Origin: Macrostomum lignano
Taxonomy: Eukaryota
Length of the DNA stretch: 64,000 nt
Assembly: GCA_002269645.1 (NCBI GenBank)
Contig: NIVC01003534.1
Location: forward strand, 1-64,000
Direction: 5' to 3'
In this document: positions 10,625 through 20,492 of the stretch, one piece after another
How the letters are laid out: each line of letters opens with the position of its first letter
Numbering within the stretch: position 1 is the stretch's first letter
Notes under the pieces: model-generated
What the model saw: only the letters and a program-made list of their open reading frames with translations
What the model was told of the DNA's origin: nothing
Database searches by the model: none
Program-made: the position numbers and the translations under genes

Positions 10625-12366
10625 TTGGTTTTGTCAGCCTAACTGAGAATAAAGCCATCCAAAGTGAGAATCCCGCCTACGCTGACTGCGAAGGGCCTGG
10701 CTGCGTGCAGCCTTAGTATATGGGCCATAGACTATAAAGGATAAGCAAAGTGATAAAAAGCCATCCAATGTGAGAATCCTGCCTACGCTGAATACGAAGG
10801 GCCTAGCTGCGTCCAGCCTAGTCTATGAGCCATAGACTATAAAGGACAAGCAAAGTTTTAAAAAGGCATCCAATGTGAGAATCGATCGCCCAGCTTTCCC
10901 CCAGCTCTCTCCACTCATCCAAGCGCAACTCCTCCATCACTGCTTCTCCATCACCCACAGTCTCGTTGCTTTCTTGCCTATTTATCCAACACTTAGAATT
11001 AACAGAGTTAAGTCTTCACCACTGCAATAAAAATGCCCGCCTCATCTGTGGACCGCCAGCGACTCATTGCGGCCATTGAAAATGGAAGCTCACTAAGGGA
11101 AGCAGCAGCCGTCCTGCAACTGCCTGTCTCAACTGCCTATAGAATTGCCCGTCAGCATCGCCTAGAAGGAAGAACTGAGGCGCTTCCTCGCGGTGGTCAA
11201 CGACTTCTTAAAGTTGATGATGAAATGCGGCAATTTCTGAACCAGAAGCTGCAAGAGAACCCCTTCCTAACGTTAAAAGAGATGGCCAACTGCATGGCTG
11301 CACAGTTTCCGGAGAAGCCTCAAGTGGGGTACAAGACGGTCGATCGGATGCTCCAAGGGATGCTATACACCCTGAAGCTCGGAACGAAGGGCAGTGACAC
11401 CAGAGCGAGCTGCAATCTGCCTGAAAACATCGAGGCCCGGAGAGAATTTGCCAACTTCATGCTGCACCTTGACGCCTCCGTACACATCGTCTATTTGGAC
11501 GAAACTGGATTCAACTTGTGGCTACGGCGATCGCAAGGCCGTGCTATCAGGGGTCGCCCTGTTAAGCGGACTGTGACGACACAAAGAGGCCCAAACGTGA
11601 CCGTCTGCATGGCTATCTGCGCAGAGTTTGGCCTGGTGCACTCGACCGTGCAGCGGGGTGGTCAGACGCTGGTTCGCTTCCAGGAGTTCATCAACTTCTT
11701 GGCAGAGCGATGCAATGAGCTCGATGCCGATGGAAGCTGGCTGGTTGTGATGGACGGCCCGCACTTCCACAGGGGAGCCAGGGTGCCGGAGCAACTACAA
11801 GAGAAGATCTCGATTCGCATCCTGCCGCCATACTCACCCTTCCTCAACCCATCGGAACTGGCCAACAGTGCGCTGAAGGCACGGATCAAAAGCCGCCTGG
11901 CAGACGCTGGACTAGTCAACGAGGAGGCCGTTGCTCCAGATGGCGTCAACCAAGAGGAGTGGCGATTCATGCTGTTAGAGAGGGAGGCGCGCGAAGCGAT
12001 TGACGACACAGTCACTGCTGGGAAGGCTGCCGCGTGGGACCTGCATTGCAGACGACTCTTTGGGCAGTGCATTGAGGGACGGCTATTTTAACTATTTACT
12101 TTACTGTACTGTATCATCCAGTGTGTTCCTGTTTCCGTTATTCCGTTCAAGCTATTGGCTAGTCATATGGCTCAGAAGGTATAAAAATAAAAGAATACGA
12201 CGCATAGACCAATCGATTCTCACATTGGATGGCTTTTTATCACTGCTTGTCCTTTATTGTCTATGGCCCATAGACTAAGGCTGCACGCAGCCAGGCCCTT
12301 CGCAGTCAGCGTAGGCAGGATTCTCACTTTGGATGGCTTTATTCTCAGTTAGGCTGACAAAACCAA
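10625..12366 (+). mobile_element. Tc1/IS630-like DNA transposon, apparently full length
   Basis: TA at 10623-24 and 12367-68; inverted arms starting TTGGTTTTGTCAGCCTAACTGAG (~150 bp shared); central transposase ORF. Confidence 0.95.
11033..12091 (+). CDS. Tc1/IS630-like DDE transposase, 352 aa, intact
   Basis: N-terminal HTH (SLREAAAVLQLPVSTAYRI), YLDETGF, VVMDGPHFH, LPPYSPFLNPSE. Confidence 0.93.
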   Translation: MPASSVDRQRLIAAIENGSSLREAAAVLQLPVSTAYRIARQHRLEGRTEALPRGGQRLLKVDDEMRQFLNQKLQENPFLTLKEMANCMAAQFPEKPQVGYKTVDRMLQGMLYTLKLGTKGSDTRASCNLPENIEARREFANFMLHLDASVHIVYLDETGFNLWLRRSQGRAIRGRPVKRTVTTQRGPNVTVCMAICAEFGLVHSTVQRGGQTLVRFQEFINFLAERCNELDADGSWLVVMDGPHFHRGARVPEQLQEKISIRILPPYSPFLNPSELANSALKARIKSRLADAGLVNEEAVAPDGVNQEEWRFMLLEREAREAIDDTVTAGKAAAWDLHCRRLFGQCIEGRLF

Positions 12367-12381
12367 TACTAGCTTACCAGT

Positions 12382-12400
12382 GCTTCATGAAATCGGTCCC
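12382..12400. mobile_element. Harbinger family H2 terminal inverted repeat (orphan end, split from its subterminal part at ~10510-10624 by the Tc1 insertion)
   Basis: GCTTCATGAAATCGGTCCC is 18/19 identical to 20474-20492; TTAGCAGACTG lies ~60 bp inside both ends once the Tc1 is removed. Confidence 0.7.
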
Positions 12401-12638
12401 TGAGAAATCGACCGAATTTGTCTATGGTGAAACCATAGTGATCAAATTTTGCGAAATCCGTTTGGAAAGCATCACTGTATTTTAAGCGTTGCCAATCTCG
12501 AGAGATATTTTTAAATCATATTTTTTTACAAGGTTGAGCAACAACCTGTGACGAAGCGCCTACTTTCGTTATTCTGAAGTCACAAAATAAGATGTGTATG
12601 CTGTATTCGCTACTATAAGTACACAATCTCGCGTCTTT

Positions 12639-12678
12639 AAGAGTATTTAAAGAAATTTAAATTTCTTTAAATACTCTT
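12639..12678. repeat. Perfect 40-bp AT-rich palindrome
   Basis: AAGAGTATTTAAAGAAATTT|AAATTTCTTTAAATACTCTT. Confidence 0.95.
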
Positions 12679-13432
12679 TGAATACTTTAAATACTCTTTA
12701 AAGTAATATTCTTTAATTTTTTTGAAGCTGCATGTAAGTGAATAAAAAGAATGTTAGCAGCAGTTCGATTACAGTTTCAGCAAAACGCCAGCAATCAGTT
12801 AGTCGAGTGCCACTCAAAGAAACACGGCTCCAGGCAAAGCCCAGGCTGACCGTCACAGCCTTGGCTGAAGTAGACGGTCCGCTTTTTCAGTCTGCGCTGG
12901 TAACAAACTCGGCAACGCTTGGTAGGCCGTTCTTGTGCCGCGGTAGCGGGTAGCTTTTCCAGCCGGTGATGGATGTCGCTTGAAGAGCCTGACGCTTAAC
13001 TCTGGATCGACCATTCCCACTGCTTTCAATCAAGTGCTTTACACACCTTTCAGTGTAGTTGAGAAAGCTCATGGATCCACCTAGATGTCGGTACACAATC
13101 CAGGAGTTGCGAAACAGTTGCTGTAGCAGAAACACCGCCAGCTTTACGAACCATTTATGTGTTCGGCGACATGCGGATGTAAGGCTCGGCTGCATCTGAT
13201 CCACACCTCCCATGTTCTGATTATATTGCAACACCGAGTTGGGCTTCAGCAGCTGCTGCTCCACACCACCGCGTAGTACCCGGCTAACTAAAGAGCTGGC
13301 AGCTGTTGAAGAGGAGTCCAACAGATAGACAGTCTTTGTTCCTGAGCTTCGCCTGTCAACCAGCTTCAGAGCGAGGATATCACCATGTCGGGCAAAGGAA
13401 TGACTCTGTGGTTGCAAGAGCATATCTCGCAG

Positions 13433-16400
13433 TGTTATGTCTTGAAGAAGCCACACACGATGATTGTAGCGATGGTATGCGAGTCTGGCTCGTCTTAAAT
13501 ATGATCAGCTCTGATCTTTCTCGTTTTATTATCCCCAAGCTCATCGACTTGGATTGCTTCACGACCTGTAGCCATAGCTTTTCATTAGAGTCTATGGCTC
13601 GACATGGCTATTCGTACGTAGCAATAATAATAAATAAAACTCTGCCTCTATACTTAAGGCTAGTATGCAACACCTCCCTTCTTTTACAAAATGAACTTGC
13701 ACATTCTAACCTTGTAGTTGACGCGGGACTTCCCACACAGACGGCGACTTCTCCTGGGGCCCAACTCCTCAGGCGTCAGTTCCAGCCGACCAGGCGTCAG
13801 CAGCTGTTGATGCTGCTGTGAGGGCTGTGTTCCGGAGTCCTCGGGGGGTGGTGGTAGCGGCTGTAAGTCTTCAGAAATGACACAGGAGCTTCTGCTGACG
13901 TTCTGACTGCTGTCCGACGCTCGCGCCCCGGCGGCTTGGTCTGCGTCAGCCTCGGTGTTGATCTCTGCTGCTTCACTATCGACTTGCATGGGACTATGCC
14001 TCTGGAGTTGATCCAGGTGGGCCTTCTTGTACAGATCGGGCCCCACCTTGATAGTGGCCATGTTTGAACCCGTTGGGCAAACTAGTGAAGCTTCTTGAGC
14101 CCGTCGGTCGGCTTTGTAGATTAGATGCTCGCCGGGTACCCAGGTTGGCCTATTGGAGAGCAGTGGTGCTCGGATCTTTCTGCCGAACAGCAGTTCTGCG
14201 GGTGATGCTCTGCTCTTCCCACCAGATGCTCGATAGAACAACAGGTAGCGATCGATAACTGCTTGACTGAGTCCGTTTGCTTTGATGGCCTCCTTAATTG
14301 TCCGCACGAAACGTTCCGCCAAACCATTACTTTGAGGGTGGTACGCCGGCGTTGTGATCAAGTTGCCACCGACCTTTGTCAGCCATTGACGGGTCTCATC
14401 ACTGACGAAGCTCGGGCCGTTGTCTGACACCAGCTGATTTGGTACCCCTAGTTGAGAGAACGTTCGTCGCAGCCTACTCACAACTGTTGATGATAGCATG
14501 TCTTTCGTCAGGTGTACCTCCGGATAGCCCGAGTAAGCATCCACCAGTATCAGAAGATAACTTCCTTCAATGGGTCCTGCGAAATCCATATGCACTCTCG
14601 TCCATGGTCCTTCCGGTTCGGGCCACGAGGTCCTGAAATTTCTGTTCTGAGGCTTGGCCATTTTACAAACACTGCAGCTCCCGACCTGCAGTTCCACCAT
14701 TTTGTCCATGCCTGGCCACCAGTAGCTCTCCCGAAGCAACGACTTGGTTCGTGCAATGCCGAGGTGCACACTGTGTGCTGCAGAGACCGCTCTACTCCTC
14801 AGCGTCACGGGGACAACCAGCTTGTTTCCTCGAATTACTAAGCCGTCCTGGGTAGAAAGTTCACCAGCTAAAGGTTTGTATGCTCTGACCTCATTTGTAC
14901 GGAAACGTCCTGTCTGGATAGCGTCAACTAGTTTCGTTAGTTCTTGACACTTCCGGATGTGACACCTTAACTCCTGTAGACTCAGCAGAGTTCCTTCGCA
15001 GACAGGGGCGTGTCCGACATGGTGAGTGGTCGCTGTGTTCGTCGGTTTAACCAATCTCGATAGTGCGTCGGATTTCATCTCGGCCGATCTTCTGTACGTG
15101 ATGGTGTAACTGTATCCAGAGAGCGTGATAGCCCACCTCTGAAGACGCGCCGACACACGCTCTGGTAGCTGGCTGTCGTGGTCGAAGATGAAGGTGAGTG
15201 GCCTGTGATCCGTCACCAGCGAAAACTCGCGTCCATTTGAAACCGGTGACAACGACGGACCGCCCACACGATAGCCAGAGCCTCTCGCTCGATCTGCGAA
15301 TACTTCTTTTCTGCTGGTGACAGAACCTTGCTGACGAATATTATTGGCACGCCTTCTTGACTAAGAACTGCTCCGATTGCAACTTGTGACGCATCACACT
15401 CAAGTTCAAGCTGCTTACTTGGGTCATAGGTCGCCAGCATGGTCTCTTCAGTCAGGGCCGCCTTGATCCTTTGGAAGGCGGATTCTTCTGCGTTAGTCCA
15501 CACGAACTCGCTATCCTTCCGCCTCAGCCTTGATAAAGGCTCGATCAGTTCACCCAGATTTCTAATGAATCGACCGGAGAAGTTTATCATTCCTAGAAAC
15601 GATTCCAGTTCGGCGATGCTTTTCGGAGCTGTCATCTCCCGGATGGCTCGAACTTTCTCCTCACTTGGCTTTATTACGCTAGATTCTAAGATGAAGCCGA
15701 GAAAGTGCACGCGGTTCTTCGCCAACTGGCATTTAGACTCGTTGATCTTGAGCTTGTAGCATGCCAGCTGCTTTCTGACCGCCGACTCTCGTTGACTGAG
15801 CTCTTGCTTCGTTCGGCCGCCAATCAGGATATCGTCGACATACGCCACGGCCCCCGGGATGCCTAGAATCACCTCGGAGATAAACCGCTGGAAAATTGAT
15901 GGCGCTGTTTTGATGCCGAAGACTAACCGATTGAAGCGAAAATTCCCGAACGGGGTGGCCATCACTGTCAACACCTTTGATATTTCATCCAGCTCTATTT
16001 GATGGTACGCCTTCTTCAGGTCCAAAATAGAGTAGAAATGACAACCGGTGACAGCTGAAAAAGCCTCCTCTGGGGTTGGCGATGGGTAACTGTTGTTCAC
16101 AAGCTGAGGGTTTACTGTTTGCTTGTAGTCTACGCACAGTCGAATACCGCCATCTGACTTCTGGATGAGTACAATAGGAGACGCCCAGTTAGAAAACTTC
16201 ACGGGTTCAATTATTCCGTCCCTCAGAAGCTCATCAAGTTCTGATCGAAGCTTGTCCTTTAAAGCAAACGGAACTGAGCGTGCTTTCATGTACCTCTGTG
16301 TGGCGTCATTGTTGAGCTGTAGATGCGCCTTGAACCTGGTCTGAGCGTCGATCTCGGGCATCTCCTGTCCGGAATCCAGCACATGTGAGTGCTCAATCGA

Positions 16401-18015
16401 TATTGCCTCCAGGTCAATGTGCACTACATCTCGCCCCAATAAGGCGAAGCTTCTGTTGGATGCCACAACATGGAACGTGACTTGAATCGGACCACCGTTC
16501 CAGACAGCTTGTAGCTCGAGTTGGCCTAGAAGGTCGAACTTATGGTCGTCCGTGTAGCCAATCAGTACAGCTTCACTGGGTTGCAGCCGCGGCTTACCCA
16601 AACTTCTCCACAAGCTGCTCGACATGACAGATACAGTGGCCCCCGTATCGAGTTGACACTGAATCTGCCTGCTTTTACCCTTGATGGAGCACGGCAGCTG
16701 GATGGTCGGACAGGATCCTCCTCTGGTTGAGAGGGTGTTCGCGATCGCCAGGACATCTGCCGTCAGCACGTCTTCAGTCTTCGCTACGTGGTGTTGACTT
16801 CCGACTTTGGATATGCACTGCTTTTCAAAATGGTTCGGCTTGCCGCACTTGCGACAGGTTTTGCCGATGGCTGGACACTCTGATTTATTTTTGTGGTTGC
16901 CGCCGCATCTCGAACACCGGACACTACTAGGAGTAGGAGCGCTGGAAGCATTTGACTTCTTGTCGGTTAGCCTCTTTGGCTTCTGCGGTACTTGTTTTCC
17001 GACATTCATTACTTGCCCTGTCTGAACTGCCCCAGCCAACTGCATTAATTTCGTCTCTTTCAACGCTAGAATCGCCTCCGCTTCTGACACGGCCGTCTTA
17101 AAAGTGAGTTCTTCGTGATCCTTAACTAGTAACTTGGCTATTATTACCTTGTCGTTTAAGCCGAAAATCAACTGATCTCGAAGTCGCTCCTCTCTGTTGG
17201 CAAACAGACACTTGTCAGATGCTTTTAGCAAGCGCTCTGCAAACGCTCTAACAGATTCCGCCGATTCGCGCTTCAGACTCTGAAAAGTGAAGCGTTCGGC
17301 CAAAGCGTATGTCTGTGGTTGCAAGATCTCCTTCAGTGCTTTTTGCAGTTCGTCGAGCTCTTCTTCTTCTTCTTACGTCTTCGAGCTTGGCGAATCAGGT
17401 GACAGATGGTCTGCTAGACTGTCATACAACGCCGGTGATAGCCTCATCAACAAAACTTGGGCCATGTCTTCGCTTGTCCATTTGTAAAATCGAGACGCGA
17501 TTAAGAAGCGATCAAGCCAACGTTGGAACAACCGGCCATCCTCCAACTTCTCGATGTCGGCCATATGAGTAGTCGAACGGTTGTGAAATCCATCGTTGAG
17601 CTGGTAGTTTCCAAACAGCTGCTGACTTTCTCTAACCGGTGACTTGGTAGGCGCCTTTACTTTCGAAGCCTTAGAAGGTTCCTTAGTAACGGTCTTGGCA
17701 GCTCCCATGGCAGGCGACTTGATGGGCGACATGTGGGTACTAGTGTCCTTGCTCATTGTGTGCTTGCAACGCCACTGTTATGTCTTGAAGAAGCCACACA
17801 CGATAATTGTAGCGATGGTATGCGAGTCTGGCTCGTCTTAAATATGATCAGCTCTGATCTTTCTCGTTTTATTTTCCCCAAGCTCATCGACTTGGATTGC
17901 TTCACGACCTGTAGCCATAGCTTTTCATTAGAGTCTATGGCTCGACATGGCTATTCGTACGTAGCAATAATAATAAATAAAACTCTGCCTTTATACTTAA
18001 GGCTAGTATGCAACA
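13433..18015 (-). mobile_element. Full-length Ty3/gypsy LTR retrotransposon (family A), 4583 bp
   Basis: 240-bp LTRs at 17776-18015 and 13433-13672 (TG...CA, 3 mismatches), 5-bp TSD CGCAG (13428-32, 18016-20), TGG-type PBS next to the 5' LTR, PPT at 13673-84. Confidence 0.98.
13684..17756 (-). pseudogene. gag-pol polyprotein of gypsy A with one nonsense codon and one frameshift
   Basis: CCHC knuckles, LDTGA protease, RT (LDLKKAYHQ, YVDDILI), RNase H (CDAS, EREALA), integrase (H-H-C-C, HMDFAG, SDNG, ERFVRT); TAA at 17373-75 in frame; 1-bp loss near 15240. Confidence 0.95.
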
Positions 18016-19589
18016 CGCAGAATCGGTGAAACGCCTCGGTCTTTGCGAACGGTCCCAGTTAAGGTTGTTCCTCTGGTCAGTAGGAACTTGGCCAGTCGCA
18101 CTGATGAAAACCAACTGTCCCAAAAGACCCGATATCCAAGGTCCAGAATGTCGCGACAAAGTTCTACGACGACTCTCTCACTGATTGAGAGCTGCGGCAT
18201 ATTGTTGCCGAACTGTTCATTCGCAATGGTGGTTGAATGTATCAGACAGTTCCACATATAGCCTGTAGAAGACTCTGCAAGGCAGTACATCTTGATGCCA
18301 AACTTGGCTCTCTTGTTGGGCATGTACTGCTTAAAAAGCAGCCTCCCCTTGTAGAGCAGCAGCGCTTCATCAACGGCAATGCTTTGACCGGGCAGGTAGC
18401 TGTTCTTGCAAACTGTCCGGATAATGTCTAGGAACGGCCTGATCTTGCACAAGGGATCATCAGCGTCGAAGTCAATATAGTCATAGCAACGCAGCCATGT
18501 CATGATTTGTTGAAACCGCGAGCGGGGGAGCATCTTCTTGCTTTGAAAGTAGGGATGGAAGTAGAACGGGTCCGTGGACCAGTAAGCCGCCAGCTCCAGT
18601 TTCTGTACAACTCCAGTAAACAGTATAACGCCGATCACCTTCTTCATCTCAGAAACAGTGCAGGGCTTCCACGTTCTGAGCCCGTAGTTCATCATCTCCG
18701 TGTTCTTCTTGAAACTTGGCAATATCCAGCTGCACTCTCTTTTTTGTCCACATGCACATCTGAAGCAGAAAGTCATTGGGTAAAAATTGCTCGAAAATGA
18801 CTGTCCAGCCGTCGTCAACATCAGCGGGTACAGAGAATCCCGAATTGACTCCACTTTCCCCGAGGAACTCGGGGAAGAGAATTAGCTCGAGCATCGGTCT
18901 CTGGAGTTACTGATCGCCAATCATCGTACATCATTCCCTGATCATCTTCCCTCCGGTCCATCGTTGTCTGCTTGATTTTCGCCACCGTCCTCTTCCTCGC
19001 TCTCAGCAGTGACAAATGATTCATCGCTCGACTCATCGCTCGATTCGCTGTCGAGGCCCAAGTTTCGCAAGGCTTGCTTGGCTGTTTGCCGTCGCTGTCT
19101 GACCGCTTGCATTGTAAGATTTGGTAAGCTGGGATGGTGAGCTAAGGAAGCACCAGTAAAAATTCTTGCAGTTGACTTTTCATGCCTGTATTTTCTCTCT
19201 CTTGACTTTTTCTAGCTTGGCCATAGACAATCCTCCAGTCAAAGATGCTACTTTTCCTGTTGAGAAAGTGTTTTCTTGCCTGTGCATAATACAGCAACTG
19301 TTTTGGAGTTCGATGTGTACAGCGCAGAATCAATATTGTCTATGGCATGCATTCTTGCCATCTGGTAAGATAGAAATGTGGGGAAGGAATTCTGTCGTAG
19401 ACAAGTGGTTAAGCTCTGCTCAATGCACGTTAAACATTTTTTATTCCCTAGTATATTTCAATCTCGCGGCTTAGTGACTCGCGAATAGTACACTGTACAT
19501 GTTGCCATAGACAAATGAATAATTGCTCAGCCGTTGACGGCTCTTTCTATTAAAAGTTCGTTAAACTAAAAGTTTTTCTTCAGCTCCAA

Positions 19590-20492
19590 CAATTAGCCAG
19601 TCTAAACAGGGAAATATGCTGTCACCGAGAATGACATATCCTGGAAAAGGTCTCCACTGTTCCGTCTGGAATACTGTAAAAAGACTGCTATTTCACAAAA
19701 TTCTAGCGTCGCTGACGCTGGCCAGCCATGAGGCGTTGCAATAATATAATTAATTACCTGGGCCGCTTACAAGATGGAAGTTCAACGAATCAACGAACTG
19801 GTTCTCGTGTAGCTTCTTTTCAGTGTCCCGTCAACCAATCCACAAACGAACGGAAGTCCGGCGATGTCATAAAACTTCTGCGCAACGCCAAGCGGCTCAG
19901 GCCATGCAACGAATTCGTGGAAAAACTCGCCGTTGATAGCTGCTGTAACATGCATCACGACGCGCGTCACTGTCGCTCCAGAAGGCCCATGCGCATCCCG
20001 GAGAACGTGATAGAAACTGTTGATTGCATAAAACCTGTGTTTGCTCACGGGCAGTCAGGCTTCCACTTCTCGGGGCGTCGTATTCCAACTGCGGGCCAAT
20101 ACGCTCCATCGGAAATTCAAACCTTTCTGGATTCACTCGGAAGCGCTGCTTGAAGTCATCACCGGCGTCGTAATTTACGCGATTATTTTTGAGCTCTCTC
20201 GGCCGACGATTATCGACCGGGATATCAGCTAATTGAAGCGCGTCAAATAGTGGAATCTCCATCCCTAGCCGCCTCTCGAGTATGCTAAACTTTAGCAGTT
20301 AAAGTTGTGTCCTTTTAGCAGAACTGAAACCGCGAACTAGCAGTCTGCTAAAACCAAGCCTTTGGACCATAGACATCGCTCAGAAACCCCTCTCTTCCGA
20401 CTGCTAGGCTCGTGAAGCCAAAAGTTAGCAGACTGGCAAAAATCTGTTTGGGACTGCTAGACTAATAAAACCAGCTTCATGAAATTGGTCCC
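19590..20492 (-). mobile_element. Degenerate PIF/Harbinger element (family H2): TIR 20474-20492 and broken transposase from ATG 20262
   Basis: FKQRFRV, VCGLVDGT, SVSDARIL, VILGDSIFP motifs in shifting frames; 3' part lost. Confidence 0.8.

Larger units (their letters stand above)
12795..19112 (-). pseudogene. piggyBac (PGBD4-like) transposase, frameshifted and split by the gypsy A insertion (pieces 18016-19112 and 12795-13432)
   Basis: Acidic N-terminus from ATG 19112, WKPCTVSEMKKVIG, RSRFQQI, IAVDEALL, KRAKFGIK, VFWDSWF, GTVRKDRG; rejoins in frame as ...VSPIL-RDMLLQ... when gypsy plus one TSD is removed; at least 4 frameshifts. Confidence 0.93.

Noticed and set aside
19405-19412. piggyBac 5' end at GTGG|TTAA
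   Set aside because: No matching inverted end found near 12400-12720, so the TIR cannot be confirmed
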